64,000 nt of DNA from Deltaproteobacteria bacterium (GTDB taxonomy: Bacteria > Myxococcota > Kuafuiibacteriia > Kuafuiibacteriales > Kuafuiibacteriaceae): assembly GCA_040218735.1 (NCBI GenBank), contig JAVJQW010000007.1, forward strand, positions 64,001 to 128,000. The letters run 5' to 3'. The number at the start of each line of letters is the position of its first letter. The stretch's first letter is position 1. The translations under genes and the position numbers were made by a program. This document shows, one piece after another, positions 48,104 through 59,059 of this stretch. The notes under the pieces are model-generated. The model had not been told where the DNA came from and did not search any database. It was given only the letters and a program-made list of their open reading frames with translations.

Positions 48104-49039
48104 ATGCCCGAGGCCCCTCGGCTCGTCTCGAAGGACGGACACACGTTCGAGATGCGTCCGATCCACTGTCCGACGTGCGGTCCGCACGCCGGTGAGACCG
48201 AGCTCGGCCTGCGCGGCGGCGCGCATCACCGCTACGAGCTCGGCGTCGAGACCCGCATCGTGCGCTGCCAGCGGTGCGGCCTGATGTACCCGAATCCGTT
48301 CCCCTTCCCGACGGATCCGCAGGAGCTCTACGGCGACCCCGCGAAGTACTTCGAGCAACACGACTCGAGCGCGAAGGTCGAAGCCTCGCGCAAGCTCATC
48401 CGCGGCTTCTGCGATCACATCGGCAAACGCGACGCCTCTCTCCTCGACGTCGGGAGCGGTCGCGGCGAGATGCTCGGCGGCGCGCGCGCGGAGGGCCTGG
48501 AGCGCGTCGTCGGGTTGGAGCTGTCGCTGGCGATGGTCGAAGCCGCCAAGAAGGCCTACGACGTCGACGTGCAGCCGCTCCTCCTCGAGGACTTCGCGGC
48601 CCAGGCGGAAGAGACGTTCGACATCATCGTCCTCAACGCGGTCATCGAGCACGTCTACGATCCCGACTCGATGATCGCCGCGTGTAAGAAGCTGATCGCG
48701 CCGGGCGGTGTGCTCTACCTCGACGTCCCGAACGAAGATCACCTCCTCGCCGACGTCGCGGGCGCGGTGAACCGCATCCTCGGGCGCCCCGGTGTCTTCA
48801 AGCTCGCGCCGACGTTCCCGCCGTACCACGTGTTCGGCTTCTCCCCCGGCTCGCTCACGATGCTGCTCGCCAAACACGGCTTCGTCGTGGACCGGCTCGA
48901 GGTCCGGAGCGGCGTGCACGTCCCGTCGTCGGGCGGTGTGAAGGATCGGCTCGTCTCCCTCGCGGGGACCGCCGTGAACGTCGTCGCCAACCGCGTCGGG
49001 CGCGGGCACAACATGTTCGTCTGGGCGCGGCCCTCATGA
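48104..49039 (+). CDS. Class I SAM-dependent methyltransferase with N-terminal CxxC...CxxC
   Basis: 'CPTCG...CQRCG', 'LDVGSGRG', 'VIEHVYDP', 'LYLDVPN'. Confidence 0.88.
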   Translation: MPEAPRLVSKDGHTFEMRPIHCPTCGPHAGETELGLRGGAHHRYELGVETRIVRCQRCGLMYPNPFPFPTDPQELYGDPAKYFEQHDSSAKVEASRKLIRGFCDHIGKRDASLLDVGSGRGEMLGGARAEGLERVVGLELSLAMVEAAKKAYDVDVQPLLLEDFAAQAEETFDIIVLNAVIEHVYDPDSMIAACKKLIAPGGVLYLDVPNEDHLLADVAGAVNRILGRPGVFKLAPTFPPYHVFGFSPGSLTMLLAKHGFVVDRLEVRSGVHVPSSGGVKDRLVSLAGTAVNVVANRVGRGHNMFVWARPS

Positions 49040-50091
49040 TCAAGGTCGCCGCGCTCACTGGAGGGCGCGACAAACCGTCGTCGCGTTACCGCGTCCGTCA
49101 GCACATCGAGCCGCTCGCAGCGCTCGGCGTCGAGGTGCGCGAGATGATGCCGGTCCTCGACAAACACTGGGACCTGATGTCCGTCGAGTGGCAGCAGCGC
49201 TCGCCCACGCTCCGCAAGCCGGTGAAGGTCGCGCAGCACTTCATCAAGGCGGCGATCCGCGCGCCCGGGCTCGTCGAGAGTTGGCGCTCGGACATCACGT
49301 GGTTGCAACGTGAGTTGCTCCCCGGCATCCCGAGCTGGGAGCCGATCCTCAAGGCGCCGCGGGTGTTCGACGTCGACGACGCCATCTGGCACGCACCGCC
49401 GGCGGGCGCGTACACGAGCAAGAAGGTCGCCGCGTGGAGCGACGCGACGATCGTCGGCAACGACTTCCTCGCGAACTGGTACGAACCGTTCGCGAAGCGC
49501 ATCGAGATCATCCCGACCGCCGTCGACACCGTGAAGTGGTGTCCGGACCCGTCGCAGAAGACCGACAAGTTCACGCTCGGGTGGATCGGGACGCGGCCGA
49601 GCCTCCGCTACATCAACCACATCGAGCCCGCGTTGAAGGTGGTGATGGACCGCTACCCGGACGTGGAGCTCGTCGTGGTGTGTGACCGCCCGCTCGATGT
49701 CGAGCTCCTCCCTCCGGAGCGCGTGCGGTTCGTCCCGTGGTCCCGCGAGTCGGAGCTGCCGAGCGTGCAGGCGATGGACGTCGGGATCATGCCGCTGATC
49801 GACGAGCCCTGGGTGTACGGCAAGTGCAGCTTCAAGATGCTGCAGTACATGGCGTGTGGTCTGCCGGTGGTCGTTACGCCGCTCGCGATGAACGGCACCG
49901 TGCTCGAGCACGACGACGTGGGCTACGGCCCCTCCACGTTCGACGAGTGGGTGGACGCCCTCTCGGCCCTGTACGAGGACCGCGCCGAGGCCGTCGCCCA
50001 GGGCCTCCGCGGGCGCGCGGTGGTCGAGGCCCGCTACGGCCGCGACGTCGTGGCCAAGCAGATCGCAGACCTGTTCAAGGACCTCGGTTGA
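49036..50091 (+). CDS. GT4 glycosyltransferase
   Basis: 'SSRYRV', 'FDVDDAIW', 'LGWIG', 'GKCSFKMLQYMACG'. Confidence 0.9.
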   Translation: MIKVAALTGGRDKPSSRYRVRQHIEPLAALGVEVREMMPVLDKHWDLMSVEWQQRSPTLRKPVKVAQHFIKAAIRAPGLVESWRSDITWLQRELLPGIPSWEPILKAPRVFDVDDAIWHAPPAGAYTSKKVAAWSDATIVGNDFLANWYEPFAKRIEIIPTAVDTVKWCPDPSQKTDKFTLGWIGTRPSLRYINHIEPALKVVMDRYPDVELVVVCDRPLDVELLPPERVRFVPWSRESELPSVQAMDVGIMPLIDEPWVYGKCSFKMLQYMACGLPVVVTPLAMNGTVLEHDDVGYGPSTFDEWVDALSALYEDRAEAVAQGLRGRAVVEARYGRDVVAKQIADLFKDLG

Positions 50092-50124
50092 CAGCCGACC
50101 TTGTAGAGGGTGGAAGAGACCCCG

Positions 50125-50913
50125 ATGATCCGTGAGAAGGTCGCGACGCTGATCTGGTACCTGGAGCGCCCGCCGCTGTATCGGGAGCTCGCCCGTCGCG
50201 TCACGAAGTTCCGCGTCACGACCCAACGCGAGCGTGAGCGCGCCGCCGCCGACAAGGAGGCGGGCCGCGCCTGGTGCGAAGCGAACCGCGCCGAACACGC
50301 CGACCTGCTGAAGGACCTCGGCATCGACGCCCCCCTCGAGACGCTCGCCGCCGCCCATCCCGACTGGTGGCAGCAGGCGCACGAAGCCGTCGACGCCTGC
50401 CCGGTGAAGATGGGCGGCCCCGCGGCGACCGATCTCCTCTACCACCTCGCGAAACACCTCCCCGCGAAACACGTCATCGAGACCGGCGTCGCAAACGGCT
50501 GGTCGTCGCTCGCGTTCCTCTCCGCGATGGCCGACAACGGCGGCGGCAAACTCATCAGCGTCGACATGCCGTACGCGAAGATGAAGAACGAAGCGTACGT
50601 CGGGTGCGCCGTGCCCCATCACCTTCGCGGACCGTCGTGGAGCCTCCGCCGCCTCCCCGACCGGGACGCGCTCCCCGACGCCGTCGCCGAGCTCACGCCG
50701 CTCGACCTCGCGCACCACGACAGCGACAAGTCCTACGAGGGCCGCATGTTCGTGTACGACCAGTGCTGGGATCGTCTGCGCGCGGGCGGCCTCATGATGT
50801 CGGACGACGTCGAGGACAACCTCGCGTTCCGCGACTTCGCGGGCCGCGTCGGCCGCAAGGCGTACGTGTTCTACAAGAAACCCGGGAACTACTCGGGCGC
50901 GCTGATCAAGTAG
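50125..50913 (+). CDS. Class I SAM-dependent methyltransferase (Methyltransf_24-like)
   Basis: 'VIETGVANGWSS', 'LISVD', 'HHDSDK', 'MSDDV'. Confidence 0.85.
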   Translation: MIREKVATLIWYLERPPLYRELARRVTKFRVTTQRERERAAADKEAGRAWCEANRAEHADLLKDLGIDAPLETLAAAHPDWWQQAHEAVDACPVKMGGPAATDLLYHLAKHLPAKHVIETGVANGWSSLAFLSAMADNGGGKLISVDMPYAKMKNEAYVGCAVPHHLRGPSWSLRRLPDRDALPDAVAELTPLDLAHHDSDKSYEGRMFVYDQCWDRLRAGGLMMSDDVEDNLAFRDFAGRVGRKAYVFYKKPGNYSGALIK

Positions 50914-52105
50914 GCCGCGGCCAGGTCCCCGGCGCGAACTTCTCGCCGTTGAGATCGTCGACGCTCGTCGACGGACACGGCGCGTCCTCGAACGACTCCC
51001 ACGGAACGTCCGGCCACCACTTCGCGGTGGGCGTCGAGGTCCGCGTGGGCTCGACCTGGCCGCCGGGCTGCGGGCTCACCACGCGCACACCTTCGCGATC
51101 CCCCGCGACGCGCACGCGTTCGATCGGCTCCGTCCACCCGTGCAGCGCGAGGTCGAACAGGCCCCAGTGTACGGGGAGGAGTGTGTCGGCGCGGACGAGG
51201 CGCGTCGCGCGCACGGCCTGCTCGGGGCCGAGGTGCACGTCGCTCCACATCGCGTCGTAGGCGCCGACCTCCATCATCGCGAGGTCGAAGGGGCCGAGGC
51301 GCTCGCCGATCTCGACGAACTCCGGATGCATCGCGGTGTCGCCGCTGTAGAAGACGCGGTGCTTCGGGCCCGCAACGGCCCACCCCGACCACAGCGTGGC
51401 GTTCGGCGTGAAGCCGCGCCCCGAGAAGTGCCGCGCCGGTGCGCAGGTGATCTCGAGGTCGCCGATCTTCTGCGCGCCCCACCAGTCGAGCTCGACGATG
51501 CGCTCCCGCTTCACGCCCCAGCCCTGGAGGTGACTCCCGATGCCGAGCGGTACGAGCCACTTCGTGTCGAGGTCGGCGAGCAGCTGCACCGTCGGGTAGT
51601 CGAGGTGATCGTAGTGATCGTGAGAGATGAGGATCGCGTCGATCGCGGGGAGCTCTTCGATCGGCAGCGGCGGGTCGTACCAACGCTCGGGGCCGATGAA
51701 CGTCAACGGCGACGCACGCGGGCCCCACACCGGATCGATCAGGATGCGGCGGCCGTCGATCTCCAGGATCAGCGTGGAGTGCCCGAGCCAAGTCACGCGC
51801 ATCCCCGACGCCGGCGGCGTCGCGAAGTCTGCCTTCGTGCGTCGCTCGATCTTCAGCGGCGCACCCGGCAAGCGGTACTCCGATCCGCCCGCGAGCCACT
51901 CCGTCGTCATGTCCCAGTAGGGCCCGTCGACCCGCGGGAGCTCGTTGTCGAAGCGCTCGCCCTTGTACTGCGGTGACTTCGAGATGCGTTCGAGGTCGGC
52001 GCCGGAAGGGTCGTGGCCCATCGCCGGGCGCGCCAACAGGTAGCCGCCGAAGCCGAGGAGCACGAACAGAAGCGCGAGGACACCCAGACGCCGAAGCCAC
52101 TTCAT
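50906..52105 (-). CDS. MBL-fold metallo-hydrolase (RomA/NAPE-PLD-like)
   Basis: 'TWLGHST', 'SHDHYDHLD', 'ARHFSGR', 'YSGDT', 'PVHWG'; N-terminal TM. Confidence 0.92.
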   Translation of the reverse strand: MKWLRRLGVLALLFVLLGFGGYLLARPAMGHDPSGADLERISKSPQYKGERFDNELPRVDGPYWDMTTEWLAGGSEYRLPGAPLKIERRTKADFATPPASGMRVTWLGHSTLILEIDGRRILIDPVWGPRASPLTFIGPERWYDPPLPIEELPAIDAILISHDHYDHLDYPTVQLLADLDTKWLVPLGIGSHLQGWGVKRERIVELDWWGAQKIGDLEITCAPARHFSGRGFTPNATLWSGWAVAGPKHRVFYSGDTAMHPEFVEIGERLGPFDLAMMEVGAYDAMWSDVHLGPEQAVRATRLVRADTLLPVHWGLFDLALHGWTEPIERVRVAGDREGVRVVSPQPGGQVEPTRTSTPTAKWWPDVPWESFEDAPCPSTSVDDLNGEKFAPGTWPRPT

Positions 52106-52148
52106 CGCGTCTCGTCTACCACCGCTGCGGGCCGTCGCGAAACGCAGG

Positions 52149-54164
52149 TCACGGTGCGCCGATCCGCTCCAGGAGGATTCTTGCGCGCGTCGAGCTCCGC
52201 GTCCACGAGGCACGCCGCGCGTGGAGCCGCGCGACGTCGAGCCGGCCCGCTTCGACGAGCGCCTCTGCGTAGTCCAGGCGGACGTCGTAGGGGAGCTGAT
52301 CCCCGAACGCCGCGCTGACGCCGGCGTACGCCTCGAGCGCTTCGTCCAGGCGCCCCGCGTCGCGAAGGATCCCCGCGGTCAGCAGCTGGGCCGACGGACC
52401 GGCGCCCATCGCCTCCGCGAAGTCCGCCGCGTTCAGCGCCTCGTCGTTCGACCCGGCCGCCGCCAGCGCGTTCGCGTAGATCAGCCAGGCACCGGGGCGT
52501 CGTGTTCCGTTCGCGAGCGCCGCCTCCGCGAGCGCGACCGCGCGCGCGGGATCGTTGCCGCACTTGCGCACGAGTGTGCTCGCGAGCTGGAGCGGGTAGG
52601 TCGCCTCGGGCACCACGCGGAGCATCTTGTCGAGGTCGCCGAACGCCTCCGCGCCCTTCCCGCGGGCGCAGGCTTGGTCGAGGCTCGCGTCGGGTGCGCA
52701 GGGATCGACGGTGGTCAGCCGGGCGACGTCCGGGCGGAAGCCGTCCGCGAAGAACAGGCGCCGATCGGTGTCGATGAACACGGCGCGCCACCGTCCCGAC
52801 GCCTGGAGGAAGCGGCACTGCCGCCAGCTCGCTTTCGTGAGCACCATGTTCGGTTGGTAGCGCTTCTCGAACGTCGCGAATGCGTGCGGATTCCGCTTCG
52901 CCTCGCGGATGAGGAAGTACAGCTCGTCGTCGAAGACGGTCGGCGTCCGACCGTCGATCGCGATGCGCACCTCGGGCCCGACTCGGAACGTGAGGTAGCC
53001 GCCGTCCTCGTAGACGTTGAGGACGTTGCCCTGGACCTCGATCGCCTCCAGGAAGTCGACCGCGTCGACCGGGAACGCGTCGCGTGACAGCCCGGCGCCG
53101 AAGCCTCGCGCGGGTGAGCGCTCGACGTCGTTGTACGTGACCGCCGGGACGGTGGTGAGCACGAGCGCGAGCGCGAGCCACTTGGAGGAGCGCGCGTCGT
53201 CTTCGCCGGCGGAGGGGCGCGCGACGAACGGGATGCAGAGCAGGCCCCACGCGGCGCGGAAACGGTGCGCGGTGAACGCGAGCGCCATCCCGAGGAGCAC
53301 GTAGAAGATGTCGCGGGGCCGGAACGAACGCAGCCGTACAGCGCGCACGGTGCCGACCACGAGCGCGAGATCGAGGAACGCGATCGAGTTGAGGTGCGTC
53401 GGGATGAGCTGCTGCCACTCGAGCGGGCGCATCTCGGTGATGTGGCTGGTGGCGTCGCCGAGCGCGACGTTCTCGATGAGCTTCGCGTGTTCACCGAGGT
53501 TGCCGAACGCGAGGATCAGCGCGACCTGCGCGAGGACCACGGACGAACGGATCAGCGCGGCGCGGAGCCCGTGGCGAGGGAGCGCGGAGAGCAGCGCGAT
53601 GCCGGTGACCGCGGGGAGGAGGACGAAGCTGCCGTGGATCGGGAGCCAGAACGCTTGCAGGAGGACGAGGGCACCGCCGAACCCGAGGACGGCGCGACCG
53701 GATTCCAGCGCGAGGCGTCGCGCGAGCACCAGCGCGATCGGCAAGAGCGCGAGGAAGATGATCAGCGGGCGCGGCTCGAACCGCCAGGTGACGATCGGCG
53801 TGATCAGCGCGGTGGCGATCACCGCGGTGTAGGGGCGCCGCTCCGAGAACTCCCACGCGGCCCACGCGATCGCGAGCGTGACGAAGAACCCGCAGATCGC
53901 CGCGAACCAGGAGAGCCCCGCGACCCCGCCCATACGGAACGCGGCGCGCAAGAACATCTGCCCGAGCCAAGGGTGGTCGGCGAAGGGGCGGCCCGGGACG
54001 GTGAAGGAGGTCTGGTCGGGGTACGTCGCGCTACCGTGTTCGAGGACCGCGTCGGCCGCTTCGAGGTGCCACCAGACGTCGGGGTCCGAGACGGGGCGTA
54101 GGTGTCCGAGGCCGGCGAGGAGCGCGATCGCCAAGAACAGGCCCCAGGGAACACGCGTCGCCAT
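52149..54164 (-). CDS. Polytopic membrane protein (GT-C-like 'DPDVWWHL' loop) with C-terminal TPRs
   Basis: 'SDPDVWWHLEA', 'PIHGSF', 'ITEMRP', 'YEDGGYL', 'IDGR'; TPR-like helices at the C-terminus. Confidence 0.7.
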   Translation of the reverse strand: MATRVPWGLFLAIALLAGLGHLRPVSDPDVWWHLEAADAVLEHGSATYPDQTSFTVPGRPFADHPWLGQMFLRAAFRMGGVAGLSWFAAICGFFVTLAIAWAAWEFSERRPYTAVIATALITPIVTWRFEPRPLIIFLALLPIALVLARRLALESGRAVLGFGGALVLLQAFWLPIHGSFVLLPAVTGIALLSALPRHGLRAALIRSSVVLAQVALILAFGNLGEHAKLIENVALGDATSHITEMRPLEWQQLIPTHLNSIAFLDLALVVGTVRAVRLRSFRPRDIFYVLLGMALAFTAHRFRAAWGLLCIPFVARPSAGEDDARSSKWLALALVLTTVPAVTYNDVERSPARGFGAGLSRDAFPVDAVDFLEAIEVQGNVLNVYEDGGYLTFRVGPEVRIAIDGRTPTVFDDELYFLIREAKRNPHAFATFEKRYQPNMVLTKASWRQCRFLQASGRWRAVFIDTDRRLFFADGFRPDVARLTTVDPCAPDASLDQACARGKGAEAFGDLDKMLRVVPEATYPLQLASTLVRKCGNDPARAVALAEAALANGTRRPGAWLIYANALAAAGSNDEALNAADFAEAMGAGPSAQLLTAGILRDAGRLDEALEAYAGVSAAFGDQLPYDVRLDYAEALVEAGRLDVARLHARRASWTRSSTRARILLERIGAP

Positions 54165-54212
54165 GCGCGACCCTTCTGCCATCCACCCTCTGCACCCACA
54201 AGCCCCGCGGGG

Positions 54213-55343
54213 TCATCGGCGCGCGACGCGGTGGTAGAGCGCGACGTGCTCTTCGGCGATGCGCTCGATGTCGAAGCGGCGGCGGGCTTCCTCTCGCGCC
54301 GCGACGCCGAGCGCGCTGGCGCGTGCGGGATCCTCGACCAGCGCGCGGAGCACGTCGCGCAGCGCGGTGACGTCGTGGAGCCCGAAGATGCGTCCGGTGC
54401 GCCCGTCGTCGACGGTCTCGGTGTGCACGTCGATGTCGCTGAGCACGACCGCCTTGCCCGCGAGCATCGCCTCCACGACCGCGCCGGGGTGGCCCTCGTA
54501 CTCCGACGTCGAGACGAAGACGTGTGACGCCGCGAGCACCGCCGGGACGTCGCGGCGCGCGCCGAGGAGCCGAACCCAGTCGGCGCCGCCCGCGGCGGCC
54601 TCCACGTGCGGTCGGTCGGGGCCGTCGCCGACGATCAGGAGCACGATCTCGGGGTGGTCCGTGACGAGGCCGCGGACCGCCTCGATGAGGTCGGCCTGCG
54701 CTTTCCGGCGCAGCAAACGTGCGACCATCGTGATGACACGTTTGTTCGCGAGGCCCAGCTCATCGACGATGCGCTGGGCGTCTTCGGGGGGGACATCGAA
54801 CTTGTCGGGGCGTCGGCCGCGGTAGATGACGTCGATGCGCTCCGCGGGGAGGCGCAGCGCGTCGACGTGCGCCGTGCGCATCGCGGCGGAGTTCGCGGCG
54901 AACCGATCCACCAGCCGCGACGTCGCGAAGTCGATCGCCTGCACGCCGCGGTTCTTGAGCAACCCCACGCGCGACAGGTGCTGGCGGTGGTTGTCGCCGT
55001 AGTTCTCGTTCACGAAGCTGCTCACCACCGGCACCCCCTCCAGCCGCGCGGCGATGCGGCCGGCGACGTCGGAGCGGAAGAGCGTGGTGTGGACGACGTC
55101 TGGTTTCAGGCGCCGGATGAGTCGCCGCAAGCGGCGCACCGCGGTGGGCCACCCGTACTTCGCGGGGATGTCGAACGCGTGGACCGGGATGTTGCGCTTC
55201 GTGAACTCGGGTTCCAGCGTGTTGCCGGGGTACAGCCGACACACAAACGGCGTGACGCCCTGGCAGGTGCTCGCGATGTCGAGGATCGAACGTTCGCTGC
55301 CACCGACCTCGAGCGTGTCGATGACGTAGAGGACCCGCAGCAC
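54213..55343 (-). CDS. GT4 glycosyltransferase
   Basis: 'VGGSE', 'PDVVHT', 'VARLLRRK', 'SEYEGHPGAVVEA'. Confidence 0.92.
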   Translation of the reverse strand: MLRVLYVIDTLEVGGSERSILDIASTCQGVTPFVCRLYPGNTLEPEFTKRNIPVHAFDIPAKYGWPTAVRRLRRLIRRLKPDVVHTTLFRSDVAGRIAARLEGVPVVSSFVNENYGDNHRQHLSRVGLLKNRGVQAIDFATSRLVDRFAANSAAMRTAHVDALRLPAERIDVIYRGRRPDKFDVPPEDAQRIVDELGLANKRVITMVARLLRRKAQADLIEAVRGLVTDHPEIVLLIVGDGPDRPHVEAAAGGADWVRLLGARRDVPAVLAASHVFVSTSEYEGHPGAVVEAMLAGKAVVLSDIDVHTETVDDGRTGRIFGLHDVTALRDVLRALVEDPARASALGVAAREEARRRFDIERIAEEHVALYHRVARR

Positions 55344-55395
55344 GACGCCGAACTACCAAGGAACCAAGACAAGGGAAATGCAAGGGAACCGCGCA

Positions 55396-55412
55396 GCGCG
55401 GCGAAGCCGCGC
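55396..55412. terminator. Small GC hairpin downstream of the FliA-like gene (terminator or REP-like)
   Basis: GCGCGGC-GAA-GCCGCGC. Confidence 0.4.
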
Positions 55413-55461
55413 GAAGGGCCGCAGGCGAGCTTGCCTCGCCGATAACGGCCAAGGCCGGAAC

Positions 55462-56151
55462 TCAGGCGGCGGCGAGGCGCTTCTGGAGGCGGCGGCGGAC
55501 CTGCTTGATGATCTGGCTGACGCGCGACTGCGTGACGCCGAGGATGTCGCCGATCTCCTGCAGCGTGAGGCCGTCCTCGTAGTACATCGCCATGATCTGC
55601 TGCTCGCGCTCCGGGAGCTTCTGCAGGGCAGCCTGCAACATCGAGACACGCTGGCGCTGGATGAGGCGGCTCTCCTGGTCGATGGCGTCCTGCCACGGCG
55701 TCGCGGTCGCCTGCGTGCCGAGCTCCATCGGGTCGAACATCTGCGGCGCGGCCGCGTAGCGCTCGCTCTCACGAACCTCGGCGACGGTGACGTTCGCCAT
55801 CTTCGCGATGACCTCGTCGTCCGCGATCTGACCCTGACGCTCGAGCTGCGTGCGGCACTCGTTGACCGACTTCGCGCGACGGCGCTGGTGGCGGGTGAGG
55901 TGGTCGAGGCTGCGCAGCTCGTCCTGCAGCGCGCCGCGGACGCGGATGCGCGCGTACGTCTCGAACGGCACGCCGCGGTCGGGATCGAAGCCGTGGAACG
56001 CCTGGAGCAGACCGACCATGCCGGCACCCATCAGCGCTTCGCGGTCGACGCCGCTCGGGACGTGGTCCTGGACCTGCTTCACGACTCGCCGAACGATCGG
56101 GAGCATCCGCTGAACGTCTTGGTTGGTGGGCTGAGTCGTCGCAGTGTGCAT
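55462..56151 (-). CDS. fliA: FliA/WhiG-family (sigma28-like) RNA polymerase sigma factor
   Basis: 'GMVGLLQA..GFDPDRGVPFETYARIRVRGALQDELRSLD', 'LPEREQ..MAMYYEDGLTLQEIGDILGVTQSRVSQI'; 3' part of the 792-aa ORF. Confidence 0.9.
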   Translation of the reverse strand: MHTATTQPTNQDVQRMLPIVRRVVKQVQDHVPSGVDREALMGAGMVGLLQAFHGFDPDRGVPFETYARIRVRGALQDELRSLDHLTRHQRRRAKSVNECRTQLERQGQIADDEVIAKMANVTVAEVRESERYAAAPQMFDPMELGTQATATPWQDAIDQESRLIQRQRVSMLQAALQKLPEREQQIMAMYYEDGLTLQEIGDILGVTQSRVSQIIKQVRRRLQKRLAAA

Positions 56152-56163
56152 GTCCCTGGGTAA

Positions 56164-57798
<1,635 letters not shown>

Positions 57799-57859
57799 TC
57801 CAACCGTTCGTCGCGCGTCAGTTCCCGAGCGCGGCGACAAAACGATCCCCAGACACGTC

Positions 57860-58936
57860 CTACTGCGCTTCCGGGTCGGGCGCAGCGGCGCTGCATTCGA
57901 ACGGGTTCATCGCGACGGAGATGCTCGTGTTGTAGTACGCCGCGCGGTGCACCATCGCGACGCGCGAGCCGTCGCCGCTCAACGCGAAGCGCGCCGCATT
58001 GTGGGGCGGGTCGAAGACGACCTGCGCGGACCCGGACTGTAGATCGAAGACGTAGATGTCGACGTCGGTGTCGGTGTCGAGGGGGTCCAGCGCTTCTTCG
58101 GTGTCCGCTACGATGTAGCGACCGTCGTCGCTGATCGCCGGCGGCGATCGGTACGAACCGATCACCTGCCACAGCCGCTTCACGCTGGTGGTGAGATCCT
58201 CGCGGACCCCGGTGCCGACCTCGATGCGCACCAGGGTCTGGAAGTCCCAAGTGACGATGTAGCGCCCGTCGCCGCTGAGCACCCATTCGTAGGTCCAGGT
58301 CGGGGGCGCGGTCCACGTCGTGTTCGTGGTTCGGTCGAGGACGTACGCCTGGCGGGCGACGCCGTACAGGACGACGGTCCCGTCGTCGGACACGCCGTGG
58401 AGTCGGCCCGTCGCAATGGGTGTCCTCAGCGCCGGATCGTAGGCCGACGGTGAAGCGGGCACGGGGTAGGCGTAGATCTGCTCGGTGTCGTCCTCCTCGT
58501 AGACGACGACGCTCCCGTCGCCGGACAGGTGATAGGCCGCCGGGTCCGCGTTGGGGATCTGCACGCGATTCGAGCCGCCGACCTCGCGGACGCTCAGGTA
58601 ACTCGGGGACCCGCCGTTGCTCACGACGAGGGCGCCGCTCGCGTCCGTGTGCGGGTACAGGTGCTCGGGGACGACGTACGCCACGAAGTTTTGGACGACG
58701 GTGTCGGTGTCGAGGTCGACGATTCGGGCGCTCGGGTTGGTCGCGATGGACATGTACCGGCCGGCCTCGTCGAGCCCGACGCCGCGGACGTAGCTCGGCG
58801 CCGGGAACGACGCCGGGGCGCCGCACTGCACGGAGATGTCGGACCGCATGGCGGCGACCTCGGAGCCGGGGTCCGCGCCGCAACCGAGCGCCGGTCCCAG
58901 GAGTACAACAAGGTGAAAGCACGAGAGTCGTTTCAT
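57860..58936 (-). CDS. Lipoprotein with TolB-like beta-propeller repeats
   Basis: Lipobox 'ALGC'; repeated 'LSGDGS', 'VSDDGT', 'LSGDGR', 'ISDDGR' blades. Confidence 0.8.
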   Translation of the reverse strand: MKRLSCFHLVVLLGPALGCGADPGSEVAAMRSDISVQCGAPASFPAPSYVRGVGLDEAGRYMSIATNPSARIVDLDTDTVVQNFVAYVVPEHLYPHTDASGALVVSNGGSPSYLSVREVGGSNRVQIPNADPAAYHLSGDGSVVVYEEDDTEQIYAYPVPASPSAYDPALRTPIATGRLHGVSDDGTVVLYGVARQAYVLDRTTNTTWTAPPTWTYEWVLSGDGRYIVTWDFQTLVRIEVGTGVREDLTTSVKRLWQVIGSYRSPPAISDDGRYIVADTEEALDPLDTDTDVDIYVFDLQSGSAQVVFDPPHNAARFALSGDGSRVAMVHRAAYYNTSISVAMNPFECSAAAPDPEAQ

Positions 58937-58981
58937 GACTCCAGCCTCCCCCGGCGCCCCGAACTTCCTCGCCGAGATCCG

Positions 58982-59014
58982 GGTGAACGGTCGTCAGGCG
59001 AAGGTGAGTGGTCG
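58982..59014 (-). promoter_or_regulatory. LytTR-type direct repeat with 21-bp period
   Basis: GGTGAACGGTCG 58982-58993 and GGTGAGTGGTCG 59003-59014 (minus strand CGACCGTTCACC / CGACCACTCACC, AlgR-like). Confidence 0.7.
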
Positions 59015-59059
59015 GCCCGCGGTGGCCACCGGTTCCGCGCTCACGATACGGTCGACGCG

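Noticed and set aside
55438-55445. Perfect GCCGATAA sigma28 -10 element on the + strand
   Set aside because: No matching -35, and it points antisense into the sigma gene with no downstream CDS.
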